Origin: Thermodesulfobacteriota bacterium
GTDB taxonomy: Bacteria; Desulfobacterota_D; UBA1144; Nemesobacterales; Mycalebacteriaceae
Assembly: GCA_965205855.1 (NCBI GenBank)
Contig: OZ242184.1
Location: 886,570 to 950,569, forward strand
DNA length: 64,000 bases
Direction of reading: 5' to 3'
Shown: positions 11,048 to 20,506 of the stretch, in pieces
Numbering within the stretch: position 1 is the first letter of the stretch
How the letters are laid out: every line of letters starts with the position of its first letter
The notes under the pieces: model-generated
What the model saw: only the letters and a program-made list of their open reading frames with translations
Database searches by the model: none
Told to the model about the DNA's origin: nothing
Translations under genes and position numbers: made by a program

Positions 11048-11937
11048 TAAAACACATGATATCAACAGTCCGGAACATCAAACCGACGCCTGCCGTTTTA
11101 AAAACAAAGAGCGGGGATATTCCAATGTCCAAACCCCTTGTGATGGGAGTGCTGAATCTGACCCCCGATTCTTTTTACGCGGAAAGCAGATGCGCATCCG
11201 TTGACGAATCGCTTTTCAGAGTTGAAAACATGCTTGATGAGGGAGCGGACATTGTGGATATGGGAGCCGAATCCACACGCCCCGGTTCAATTCCCGTTTC
11301 CGAGAAAGAGGAAACCAAACGGCTGATACCGGTTCTTGAACAGTGCGTGAAAAAATTCGGAGATTCAATTTTTTCCGTGGATACAACCAAAGCCGCCGTC
11401 GCACAGCGCGCTCTTGAAAGCGGCGCTTCAATAATAAATGACATAAGCGGTCTTGCGTTTGAGCCTTCCATAGCAAAATGCGTAGCAGAGGCGGACGCAG
11501 CCATTGTTGTTTCCCACACACCTGAACGCCCGGGCAAAATGCAGTCCCGAACGGACTACACTTGCGTCGTACGCGATGTCATAAAATCCCTGAAACAATC
11601 CGTCGAAAAAGCCGTCAATGCCGGAGTGCGGATTGAGTCCATTGTGATTGACCCGGGAATAGGCTTCGGGAAAACGCAAAATCAGAACCTTGAAATACTC
11701 AACAGACTTGATGAATTCTTTGAAATTGGCCGCCCCGTCCTCGTCGGGACATCCCGCAAGTCTTTTATAGGCGGAGTTCTCGGAGGACTTCCGGCTGAGG
11801 AAAGGATTGAAGGAACCGCCGCGACCGTGACGGTAGCGGTGACGAAAGGCGCTCAAATAGTGCGCGTTCATGACGTAAAAGAAATGGCGCGCGTGGCTAC
11901 AATGTCATACGCGATAAAAAGCGGGATGGCGGCATGA
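11044..11937 (+). CDS. folP: dihydropteroate synthase
   Basis: 297 aa. MGVLNLTPDSF, DIGAESTRPG, NDISG and IDPGIGFGK motifs of the pterin-binding family. Confidence 0.9.
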   Translation: MIKHMISTVRNIKPTPAVLKTKSGDIPMSKPLVMGVLNLTPDSFYAESRCASVDESLFRVENMLDEGADIVDMGAESTRPGSIPVSEKEETKRLIPVLEQCVKKFGDSIFSVDTTKAAVAQRALESGASIINDISGLAFEPSIAKCVAEADAAIVVSHTPERPGKMQSRTDYTCVVRDVIKSLKQSVEKAVNAGVRIESIVIDPGIGFGKTQNQNLEILNRLDEFFEIGRPVLVGTSRKSFIGGVLGGLPAEERIEGTAATVTVAVTKGAQIVRVHDVKEMARVATMSYAIKSGMAA

Positions 11938-12752
11938 GTCAAATTATCGAAATTCTATCGCTGAGTTTTCTCGCCGGCTTTAACATAAAAGATGCCATAG
12001 ACTTGCTGCTAGTTACGGTGATTCTCTACAAACTGATATCACTGCTTGAAGGCAAGCGCGCGATACAGATGATAGTCGGACTGTGTTTGATCTTCGTTCT
12101 CTATCTGGTGTCCGGCGAACTCGGTATGTTCACAATAAACTGGATTTTGAGGGAGTTTCTGAGTGCCATAATAATAATAATCGTGGTGTTGTTCCAAAAT
12201 GACATAAGAAAGGCTTTGTCGAGCATCGGAGGTAGCTCACCGCTGCGGAAATTTCTCAAGAAGTCCGATTATAACGAAAAAACGGTTGATGAGATAGTCA
12301 AGGCGGCAAACTATCTGGCAAACAACAAAATAGGAGCCATTATCGCGATTGAAAGAACAAACAGTCTTATGGATTACTCGGAAGGAGGAATAGAAGTCAA
12401 CACATCGGTTTCATCCGAAATTCTGATAAGCATATTCAATCCGGATTCTCCTCTTCACGACGGCGGTGTACTTATTCAAGAAAACAAAATCACTTCGGCA
12501 GGCTGCTTCTTCCCCATAGACACAAATCCGGACATCCCCAATCACCTTGGAACCCGTCACCGCGCCGCTTTCGGCCTGTCCAATGAGACGGACGCAGTCG
12601 TTGTTGTTATTTCGGAAGAAAGAGGGGAAATCTCCGTAATGATTCAAGACAAGAGAAGATTCAGAATAGATGTAACCGCCTTGAGAAGCACCCTCAATTT
12701 GTTGCTTCAATTAAACTCGGAAAGCACGGGGGCAAAGGAAAGCAAACCATGA
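11934..12752 (+). CDS. cdaA: diadenylate cyclase CdaA (DisA_N/DAC domain, membrane-anchored)
   Basis: Three N-terminal TM helices followed by a DAC domain with GAIIAIER, LHDGGV and GTRHRAA motifs. Confidence 0.9.
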   Translation: MSQIIEILSLSFLAGFNIKDAIDLLLVTVILYKLISLLEGKRAIQMIVGLCLIFVLYLVSGELGMFTINWILREFLSAIIIIIVVLFQNDIRKALSSIGGSSPLRKFLKKSDYNEKTVDEIVKAANYLANNKIGAIIAIERTNSLMDYSEGGIEVNTSVSSEILISIFNPDSPLHDGGVLIQENKITSAGCFFPIDTNPDIPNHLGTRHRAAFGLSNETDAVVVVISEERGEISVMIQDKRRFRIDVTALRSTLNLLLQLNSESTGAKESKP

Positions 12753-13771
12753 CCCCAACAAGTGAAAAAGAAAACAAGCGCGGAGAGAAAATGATAAAAA
12801 ATCGCGCCGTGTCGCGGTTTTTTTCAAAAAATATGCCTTCTCTGAGTTTGGGACGTCTTGCTCTGGCATTTGCTGTCGCGAGCATTATGTGGTTCACCGC
12901 AAACTATAAATCCGATTTAGAAAAAGAGCTTGAAATACCGATTAACTACCTGAATTTGTCCGACAACCTTGTTATAAGCAACAAGCCGAATCTGCCAAGA
13001 TACGCAAAACTGAGAATCAAGGGAACGCGTAGCCAGGTTTCTGGGGTCGCAAAAACCAATGCGGCAATCAACATAGATATGGAAAACGAAGGGACGGGAG
13101 TTTTTCGCCGTCAGGTAAGTCCCGAATCTATCAGTCTTCCACGAAACGTGAAGATAATCAGAATAAGTCCGCGTGAGATTATTTTTGACATCGACACGAT
13201 TCTTGAAAAATTTGTTTCGGTCAAACCCGTCATAGGCCGACCTGGCAGCGGATACAGAATTGACAACAAACCGCAAGTCAAACCCTCCGCGGCAAAAATA
13301 AAGGGACCGAAAAAAATTATTCAGGATATCAAAGAGATTCTTACGAGCCCAATCTCCATTGACAAAGAAAAATCGGGTTTTTCAATAGATGTCGGACTTG
13401 TTTCCCCCGATTCGCGTGTTGAACTGAGCAATATAAAAACTGTCAAGGTAACGGTGAACATATCCGAATTAAATATTGAAAAATCCTTCCGGGATCTGAA
13501 AGTGGAAGTTCACAACGCTCCGAAGACCGGAACATTCAGGGTAAAGCCCGACAAAGCGAAGATAAAATTTGACGGGCCCGAGTCTATTATCAACAGCCTT
13601 CACAGCGAAGACATAATCATATTTCTGGATGCCTCCAACGCCGGAAAACTCCCCGCTGGCGGAGAGGCGGTCTACCGCCTGCGTTCCACATATCCGTACG
13701 ACGACAAAATTCAAGTAATAGAAATCACTCCTAAAAACGCAAAGATAATAAGAGAGGAGACGGAAAAGTAG
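12749..13771 (+). CDS. cdaR: YbbR-domain protein, CdaA regulator CdaR-like
   Basis: 340 aa with an N-terminal TM anchor and repeated beta-rich YbbR-like modules. Position between cdaA and glmM matches the conserved cdaA-cdaR-glmM operon. Confidence 0.7.
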   Translation: MTPTSEKENKRGEKMIKNRAVSRFFSKNMPSLSLGRLALAFAVASIMWFTANYKSDLEKELEIPINYLNLSDNLVISNKPNLPRYAKLRIKGTRSQVSGVAKTNAAINIDMENEGTGVFRRQVSPESISLPRNVKIIRISPREIIFDIDTILEKFVSVKPVIGRPGSGYRIDNKPQVKPSAAKIKGPKKIIQDIKEILTSPISIDKEKSGFSIDVGLVSPDSRVELSNIKTVKVTVNISELNIEKSFRDLKVEVHNAPKTGTFRVKPDKAKIKFDGPESIINSLHSEDIIIFLDASNAGKLPAGGEAVYRLRSTYPYDDKIQVIEITPKNAKIIREETEK

Positions 13772-13772
13772 A

Positions 13773-15137
13773 GTGCCGCCGGAAAAACTGTTTGGAACCG
13801 ACGGAATAAGAGGAATCTCCGGGGAATTCCCCGTGAACGAATCCGGTTCCCGCGCTATAGGATTCGCGGTAACGAAGGTGTTGAAAAAACAAGCCAATGT
13901 TCCTCGAATCGCGGTCGGAAGAGACACAAGAAAGCGCGGTGATTTGCTTCAACGGAAGATTTGCACGGGAATTGCCTCATGCGGAGGAAAAATCATTCGC
14001 GCGGATATCTGCCCCACTCCGGCGATTGTGGCTCTCGTTCTTGAGAGCCGCGCGGATGCGGGAGTTATGATTTCCGCCTCTCACAACCCGCCCGAATACA
14101 ACGGCTTCAAAATATTCAACTCCAAAGGCTTAAAGATTGGCTTGAGCGAGGAAAGTGAAATCCAAAAAAAGTTTGAGAAATTGAAATACGACACCCCAAC
14201 TGACGGTTTGAAAACAATACCGGAAGAAAAACCTGACTGGGAAAAAACATACTCTTCCTCTCTTGATACGTCAGCGCGGGAAGGACGCGACTTTTCGGGA
14301 ATGACAATCTGCCTTGACTGCGCCAACGGCGCAATGTTTAAAATAGCACCGAAGGTTTTTGAAAAAACCGGAGCAAAAATGTTTCTGACAGGTACAGAAC
14401 CTGATGGCAAAAACATAAACAAAGACTGCGGAAGCCTTGAAACCTCACTGCTCGGCAAGATGGTCAGGGAAAGCGGAGCCGCTTTCGGAGCGGCCCTTGA
14501 CGGAGATGGAGATAGGGTCGCTTTTTGTGATGAGAATGGAAACGAGGTAGACGGAGACATAATCATAGCCCTTTTTGCGCGAGAAATGCTGGAAAATGGC
14601 GCGTTGAAAAAACCGCTTGTGGCAACGACGGTTATGAGCAACAAGGGGCTTGAAATATTCCTGCAAAAAACGGGAATAGAAATAGTCAGAACGGATGTGG
14701 GAGATAGAAATGTGTCTGATATTATGAGGAAAGAACTCATAAACTTTGGAGGTGAAAAATCCGGTCATCTGATATTTTCAGACTATTCAACCAATGGAGA
14801 CGGATTGCTCGCCGCCCTGCTGATCGCGGATATTGTAAAGAAAAAAAACAAACCTTTTTCGCAAATACTTCCCCAATTTGAACTTTTCCCTCATATTCTT
14901 GCCAATTTGCGAGTTGCTCAAAGAGAGCCCTTCGACCAAATGCCCGGACTCACCGAAGAGATTCCGAAGCTTGAACAATACCTCGGCAACGGGGGAAGAA
15001 TCCATATGCGCTATTCCGGAACGGAACCTCTCGCGAGAATCCTTGTGGAGGGAAAAAACCACCGGGCTGTTAGGGAAGCCGCGGACAAAATCGTCGATAT
15101 TGTGGAGCGAAGAGTCGGAGCGGGGCGGAGAAACTAA
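13773..15137 (+). CDS. glmM: phosphoglucosamine mutase
   Basis: 454 aa. LFGTDGIRG, active-site SASHNPPEYNGFK, DGDGDR and GGEKSGH motifs. GTG start. Confidence 0.9.
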   Translation: MPPEKLFGTDGIRGISGEFPVNESGSRAIGFAVTKVLKKQANVPRIAVGRDTRKRGDLLQRKICTGIASCGGKIIRADICPTPAIVALVLESRADAGVMISASHNPPEYNGFKIFNSKGLKIGLSEESEIQKKFEKLKYDTPTDGLKTIPEEKPDWEKTYSSSLDTSAREGRDFSGMTICLDCANGAMFKIAPKVFEKTGAKMFLTGTEPDGKNINKDCGSLETSLLGKMVRESGAAFGAALDGDGDRVAFCDENGNEVDGDIIIALFAREMLENGALKKPLVATTVMSNKGLEIFLQKTGIEIVRTDVGDRNVSDIMRKELINFGGEKSGHLIFSDYSTNGDGLLAALLIADIVKKKNKPFSQILPQFELFPHILANLRVAQREPFDQMPGLTEEIPKLEQYLGNGGRIHMRYSGTEPLARILVEGKNHRAVREAADKIVDIVERRVGAGRRN

Positions 15138-15139
15138 AG

Positions 15140-15871
15140 TTGGTCGGGTTGAATATCAATATAGACCATATTGCCACTCTCAGACGGGCACGAGGCGGAG
15201 AGGAACCGAGTCCAATCAGAGCCGCTCGCGTAGCGGAGAAAGCCGGAGCGGCAGGCATTGTAGCTCATCTCAGAGAAGACAGAAGGCACATAACGGACAA
15301 TGACCTTTACGGGTTGAAAAAATCCGTAAAAACAAAGCTCAACATGGAAATGGCGGCTACCGATGAAATGCTTGCAATAGCCCTGTCCGTGCTTCCTGAT
15401 ATGGCAACCATTGTGCCGGAAAAAAGAGAGGAACTAACAACGGAGGAAGGTCTTGATGTCGCGGGAAATCGGTTGAAAATCAGGCGCGTTGTCTCAGCCC
15501 TTTCGGAAAGCGGAATAACGGTCAGTTTGTTTATAGATCCGGTTTTTGAACAAATAGAGGCGGCGGCGGATGCGGGAGCGAGAATGGTCGAAATACACAC
15601 GGGCGCGTTTGCTAATCAGTGTTTGGAAAAAGAGAAAGAAAAAGAATTTCAAATGATAGAAAAATCAGTTCCATACGCGCTTGACATGGGTTTACAGGTT
15701 TCAGCCGGGCACGGACTTGACTATGAAAACACCAAAGCAATAGCATCATTGGAAGGAATTAAAGAACTGAACATCGGATACGGAGTAGTATCAAGAGCGG
15801 TTTTTTACGGTATGAAACGCGCGGTTGAAGATATGGTTGCCATAATCGCGAAAGCCTCGGAGAGGAAATGA
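15140..15871 (+). CDS. pdxJ: pyridoxine 5'-phosphate synthase
   Basis: 243 aa. LNINIDHIATLR, HLREDRRHI, VEIHTG and ELNIG motifs. Confidence 0.9.
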   Translation: MVGLNINIDHIATLRRARGGEEPSPIRAARVAEKAGAAGIVAHLREDRRHITDNDLYGLKKSVKTKLNMEMAATDEMLAIALSVLPDMATIVPEKREELTTEEGLDVAGNRLKIRRVVSALSESGITVSLFIDPVFEQIEAAADAGARMVEIHTGAFANQCLEKEKEKEFQMIEKSVPYALDMGLQVSAGHGLDYENTKAIASLEGIKELNIGYGVVSRAVFYGMKRAVEDMVAIIAKASERK

Positions 15872-16245
15872 TACTCGGAATCGGAACCGACATTGTGGAC
15901 AACAAAAGAATTGCCTCTGTGGTTTCAAAACATGGAGACAGATTTATAAAAAAACTTTTCTCCGCGCGTGAGAGAAAAATTTTTCAAAAATTCAAGGGTG
16001 ACGAACAAAAACTGGGAACGTCTTTTGCCGCAAAGGAATCTCTTGTAAAAGCCATGGGAACCGGCTTCAGGTACGGAATATCTTTTTTAAACATTGAAGT
16101 GCTGAGAGGCAGACACGGGAAACCTCTTATCAAACTGTCCGGCAAGGCGGAAGAAGTTGCCCGGGCGATGGGAGTGAAACGTATACACCTGTCCATGTCA
16201 AACGAAAAATCACACAGTCTGGCGGTTGTCATTCTTGAAAGTTAA
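15868..16245 (+). CDS. acpS: holo-[acyl-carrier-protein] synthase
   Basis: 125 aa starting MILGIGTDIV, with FAAKES and HLSMSNE motifs. Confidence 0.85.
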   Translation: MILGIGTDIVDNKRIASVVSKHGDRFIKKLFSARERKIFQKFKGDEQKLGTSFAAKESLVKAMGTGFRYGISFLNIEVLRGRHGKPLIKLSGKAEEVARAMGVKRIHLSMSNEKSHSLAVVILES

Positions 16246-17512
16246 AAAAGACCCCTTTAAATACCTGGATTCGCTTGAACAACACACCGTAAAGCCCGGG
16301 CTTGAAAGAATCTCAAACGTTCTGAAAGCGGAAGGAAACCCGCATCTTGCCCTGAATACGGTTCTCATAGCCGGGACAAATGGAAAAACCTCCACCGCAT
16401 CAATACTGGCGGAAATTCTTACGGCGGGCGGTTTTTCAATTGGGCTTTACACTTCCCCGCATCTCATACGGCTCGGGGAAAGAATAAAAATATCCGGACG
16501 GGAAATTCCGATTTCCGTTCTTGGAGAATTGCTTTGCCGGGCACGCCGCCTTTCGGAAAACCTGAACCTTCAGATGAGTTATTTTGAAACACTTACCGCC
16601 GCCGCTTTTATTTATTTTAAGGAAAAAAGAGTTGATGCCGCGGTTTTTGAAGTTGGAATGGGAGGAAGGTGGGACGCGGTAAATGTCGCGCAACCTGTGG
16701 TGTCGGCAATTACCAATATCTCAATGGACCATATGCGGTATCTGGGAAGTACATTGGAAGAGATTGCTCTGGAAAAGGCGGGAATAATAAAACGGGAAAC
16801 TCCTCTTGTTACCGCTGCCGGAGAAGTGGCCCTTGGCGTGATTGAAAAAAAATGTGAAGAAAAACGCGCTCCGATTTTCAGAAACGAAAAAGAGTTTTTC
16901 TGCAGTGAAACTGAAAATGGAGCTTTTAATTACGCCGGACCACGGTGGACGGTGAATAACATCCGACCGGAAATAAAGGGAAGTTTTCAGCGGGCAAACG
17001 CCTGCGTCGCGCTTGCCTGTGCAGAGGTAATAGACCGTCTCAAAGGTTTTAACATTCCACCGGAGCGGGTGAGAAAAGCTGTCGGACAAACCCGTGTCGT
17101 TGGGAGAATGGAGTATGCGCGGACAAATCCTCCCTTCATTATAGACGGCGCTCACAATCCCGCATCGGCGCGGCACCTTGTGGAATCTCTCGGGGAACTT
17201 CACCGGGGGCTGCGGTTTGTTTTTGTCATAGCAATGTCCGGAGACAAAGACCACGCGGAATTTATAAAACAGATAGCACCGGTCTGCTTGCGTCTGATAC
17301 TCACCCGAAGTCCGGACGGGAAAAGCGCGCAACCGGAAACTTTGAGAAAATTCGCGCCGACAAACACTGAAACAGAAATAGCGGCAACACCCGAACGCGC
17401 GCTTGAAAAAGCCCGTCAAACCGCCCTGCCCTGTTGCGTAACCGGCTCTTTGTACTTTGCCGGAGAGGTGAAAAAACTAATTTCACGACCCGATTTTTCA
17501 ATCGAGGTTTAG
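16226..17512 (+). CDS. folC: bifunctional folylpolyglutamate synthase / dihydrofolate synthase
   Basis: 428 aa. Mur-ligase P-loop IAGTNGKTST, FEVGMGGRWD and DGAHNP motifs. Confidence 0.85.
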   Translation: MSFLKVKKDPFKYLDSLEQHTVKPGLERISNVLKAEGNPHLALNTVLIAGTNGKTSTASILAEILTAGGFSIGLYTSPHLIRLGERIKISGREIPISVLGELLCRARRLSENLNLQMSYFETLTAAAFIYFKEKRVDAAVFEVGMGGRWDAVNVAQPVVSAITNISMDHMRYLGSTLEEIALEKAGIIKRETPLVTAAGEVALGVIEKKCEEKRAPIFRNEKEFFCSETENGAFNYAGPRWTVNNIRPEIKGSFQRANACVALACAEVIDRLKGFNIPPERVRKAVGQTRVVGRMEYARTNPPFIIDGAHNPASARHLVESLGELHRGLRFVFVIAMSGDKDHAEFIKQIAPVCLRLILTRSPDGKSAQPETLRKFAPTNTETEIAATPERALEKARQTALPCCVTGSLYFAGEVKKLISRPDFSIEV

Positions 17513-18256
17513 AAATTGACACATCTTGGAAACCCTGTTGAACGTCAGGTCTCCCAGCTCGTGTTCAAGTTCGTTTTTTCCGTATTTTGTTGTGAGAATT
17601 ATTTTCCCCACCGCGCTGTGTCTTGCCAAAATCAATCTTTCAAGAATACCCTTTTCCCAGTCGGTAAGACCGCGCCCTCCGAACCCAACGCCATCAACCA
17701 CAAGCAACTCGACATTGAGAAACCGGCGGAGAAAGGCACGTTCCGAAACCCCTTCACCTCTGTCCTTTATTTGAAGTATAAAATCACCGAAATCTTGAAA
17801 CAGACAGTCTATGCCCTGTTTGAGTGTCTGATCGGCGACCGTGGCGGCGGCAAGATAGGTTTTTCCGCGTCCCGGGGGGCCTGTGAGTACAAAACCCTTT
17901 GCCACCGGATAGGAGTCTATAAAACCACGAATGTAGCTGCAGGCCAAAGCTGACTCCTTTGTGCCCAAATCTTCTACTTTGGCAGACACCATAGCAGACG
18001 GTATGCGCGCTTTGTTGTATTTTTTAATATTGCCGTAAAGCGCCGAGCATTGATCACAGGGAACAACGCACCTGTAGTTATCTTTGTCTCTTTGAACCAT
18101 AACGCCCCGTCCTTCGCATTGTTCGCAATTTTTTTTGCATTCACAAACACTTGCGTGCGCGAAAGGTTTTTCCTCGCCCAGGATAAAACCTCCCCCGCCG
18201 CATCTATCGCACGTCTTCACTTTCCATCCCGTTTGCCGAAGAAAACAGCCCGTCAA
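17498..18256 (-). CDS. DnaC/DnaI-like AAA+ ATPase with N-terminal Cys-rich zinc-finger region
   Basis: 252 aa. N-terminus has CDRCGGGG, CEQCEGRG and CDQC clusters (DnaJ-like CxxCxGxG). Walker A is GPPGRGKTYLA and the Walker B-like segment is LLVVDGVG. Confidence 0.6.
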   Translation of the reverse strand: MTGCFLRQTGWKVKTCDRCGGGGFILGEEKPFAHASVCECKKNCEQCEGRGVMVQRDKDNYRCVVPCDQCSALYGNIKKYNKARIPSAMVSAKVEDLGTKESALACSYIRGFIDSYPVAKGFVLTGPPGRGKTYLAAATVADQTLKQGIDCLFQDFGDFILQIKDRGEGVSERAFLRRFLNVELLVVDGVGFGGRGLTDWEKGILERLILARHSAVGKIILTTKYGKNELEHELGDLTFNRVSKMCQFLNLD

Positions 18257-18884
18257 GACCGGATTCCCTCATAATAATTTCATTCAGACAACCCGCCAAC
18301 GCTTTTTTTCTGTCACCCTTGTTTATAAAGCTCCTTCCAGAAACCGCCTCGCGCGCTTGCTTGTTTACGCGTTCTGTGCGCTCCAGGTCAAAACCCGCAA
18401 CCAGTTCTCTGCACATCCTGTCGCGTAATGTTTCCAAAAAATCACCCACGCTGTTTGCTTTTACTCCAGCTCTGGAAAGTTGTTTGCTGGCTTTTTCAAG
18501 GCACCTCTTCACATTGTCGTCCTTTTCCCTTGCCAGAGCTTTTCGCACATTGCGTGAAACTGCCGCAATCACCGAGTGAACAAACTGTTCCGGCGGCATT
18601 TGCCGGGAAGAAACTTTAGAAATGCCGCCGGCAAGAGAACGGGACTTTATGAAAGATTCCTCAACAAAACGGCTGCATCCCGATATCCGTAGCCTCTCCG
18701 GTCTGGAGCTGTTTTCAAAAGCCTTTTTTATCCCAAGAAGAACATCGCGCTTCGGAACTCCCTCCCGTTTCCACTGTATCAAAAGATAGTCGTCCTCGGA
18801 TGAGATTATCGCCCTACCGACAAGGGAGCAGAAATAGTCTTTTATTTCCCTCATATAGCTGCTTTCGGATATCAAATCGGTCAT
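18204..18884 (-). CDS. hypothetical protein, possible DnaD/DnaB_2-like replication accessory protein
   Basis: 226 aa. The N-terminal segment SSEDDYLLIQWKREGVPKRDVLLGIKKAF resembles DnaD-type helix-turn-helix repeats. Assignment is weak. Confidence 0.35.
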   Translation of the reverse strand: MTDLISESSYMREIKDYFCSLVGRAIISSEDDYLLIQWKREGVPKRDVLLGIKKAFENSSRPERLRISGCSRFVEESFIKSRSLAGGISKVSSRQMPPEQFVHSVIAAVSRNVRKALAREKDDNVKRCLEKASKQLSRAGVKANSVGDFLETLRDRMCRELVAGFDLERTERVNKQAREAVSGRSFINKGDRKKALAGCLNEIIMRESGLDGLFSSANGMESEDVR

Positions 18885-19558
18885 TGGGAAGTCCGCGGAG
18901 CAATCTCTTTCATATCCCTTACCGCTTTGGCTATATCGTCCCGCCCGAATATACCGGAACCGCTCACCACCGCATCCGCGCCGGATTCCACAACCGCTTT
19001 GGCTTTTTCAAAATGCAATCCGCCGTCCACTTCAATAATTGGAACCCCTTCGGTTGGAGGACCGAGAATACCGCGCACTGCTTCTATTTTTTTCAATGAC
19101 GACTCCATAAATTTCTGCCCCGAAAATCCCGGCTCAACGGACATGATAAGAACAATGTCCGCCACCGACAAAGCGCCTTCAATTGAAGAAACCGGAGTTG
19201 AAGGATTAAGAGCGACTCCCGCCATAACGCCAAGCGAACGGATATCCGAAAGCACGGACGAAACATCATCGCATGTTTCAACCTGGACCGTAATGTTGTT
19301 CAGTCTGTCTCCTCCGGCCTTGACAAACGCGCGGATTATCTTCTCGGGATTGTTAATCATCAAATGAACATCCATCGGCGGACACTCAATATTTGAAAGA
19401 GATTTAACCACAGGAAGGCCTATGCTTATGTTTGGAACAAAGCAACCGTCCATAACATCAACATGTATCCAATCTGCGCCGGCATCGGCGACGGCAAGAA
19501 CCTGTTCGCCAAGTTTTGTAAAATCGGCAGCGAGTATTGAAGGAGCAACAATGGCCAT
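18881..19558 (-). CDS. rpe: ribulose-phosphate 3-epimerase
   Basis: MAIVAPSILAADF..., HVDVMDG, VEPGFSGQKF and VDGG motifs. The 64-codon N-terminal extension of the tracked ORF is not family-like, so the ATG at 19558 is used. Confidence 0.9.
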   Translation of the reverse strand: MAIVAPSILAADFTKLGEQVLAVADAGADWIHVDVMDGCFVPNISIGLPVVKSLSNIECPPMDVHLMINNPEKIIRAFVKAGGDRLNNITVQVETCDDVSSVLSDIRSLGVMAGVALNPSTPVSSIEGALSVADIVLIMSVEPGFSGQKFMESSLKKIEAVRGILGPPTEGVPIIEVDGGLHFEKAKAVVESGADAVVSGSGIFGRDDIAKAVRDMKEIAPRTSQ

Positions 19559-19731
19559 TGCACGATAGATTATATCATAAACCGCCCCGCCCCACCGTAC
19601 CACAACCGGAGTGGTGGGGCGAAAACCCGCGCGCGAATGCCATCTCCGCACCGACACCGGTTTTGCTTGTCCATCTGGTTTCGGCACGGGTTGTGTGATA
19701 GATTTTATTTTAAAGGCGGGAGGCACATGCA

Positions 19732-19929
19732 ATGAGTGAAAAAACGACAATACAGATTCTCAAAGACGGTCCGCTGATTGTGTCCGGAATGTTTGAGATA
19801 ACCGGTTCTTCCAACGAAAAAATCGACTGCCGAGACAAAGTTGCCCTTTGCAGATGCGGCGCTTCGGCAACCAAACCGTTTTGTGACGGAACTCATAAAA
19901 AAATCGGGTTCCAAGAATCAAGAGACTGA
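19732..19929 (+). CDS. CDGSH-type iron-sulfur domain protein
   Basis: 65 aa with CRCGASATKPFCDGTH, matching the CDGSH 2Fe-2S signature. A GGGAGG Shine-Dalgarno lies upstream. Confidence 0.8.
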   Translation: MSEKTTIQILKDGPLIVSGMFEITGSSNEKIDCRDKVALCRCGASATKPFCDGTHKKIGFQESRD

Positions 19930-19951
19930 CAGAAGACTCAGGAGGTCTATC

Positions 19952-20506
19952 ATGGCACTTACACCATCCAACATGGTTCCGCTCGGGATGAAAGCCCCCG
20001 ATTTCAATCTTCCCGATGTTATAAGCGGACAGAATAAAACTCTGGGGGACTTTCAATCCAACTTGGCAACCGTTGTGGTGTTTATATGTAACCACTGCCC
20101 TTATGTGAAACATATTCAGAGCGGACTCGTCTCTCTTGCCGAAAATTACATTCCGCGCGGCGTGTTGTTTGTCGCAATCAATTCAAATGATGTTGAGAAC
20201 TATCCCGAGGACTCGCCCGGGAAAATGCTTGAAGAAGCCAAACGGTTCAACTACCCGTTCGCGTATCTATTCGATGAAACACAGGAAGTGGCAAAGTCAT
20301 ATGACGCCGCATGTACGCCTGATTTCTTTGTTTTTGACAAAGATTTTTTCTGTGTTTATAGAGGGCAGATGGACGATTCAAGACCCGAAAACGGAAAGCC
20401 TGTCACCGGCAAAGACATAAAAAACGCCCTTGACCGTATTATTAAAGGGAACCCTCCGGTTGAAAATCAGATTCCGAGCATGGGATGCAACATAAAGTGG
20501 AAATAG
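19952..20506 (+). CDS. thioredoxin-fold thiol-disulfide oxidoreductase (AhpC/TSA-like)
   Basis: Start MALTPSNMVPLGMKAPDF is preceded by an AGGAGG Shine-Dalgarno. CNHCPYV redox motif. Confidence 0.75.
   Translation: MALTPSNMVPLGMKAPDFNLPDVISGQNKTLGDFQSNLATVVVFICNHCPYVKHIQSGLVSLAENYIPRGVLFVAINSNDVENYPEDSPGKMLEEAKRFNYPFAYLFDETQEVAKSYDAACTPDFFVFDKDFFCVYRGQMDDSRPENGKPVTGKDIKNALDRIIKGNPPVENQIPSMGCNIKWK

Noticed and set aside
17498-18256. DnaC/IstB-like ATPase considered as the IstB helper of an IS21 element
   Set aside because: There is no IstA-like DDE transposase upstream (the neighbour is a 226-aa non-DDE protein) and no terminal inverted repeats were seen. The flanking genes are housekeeping and tightly packed.
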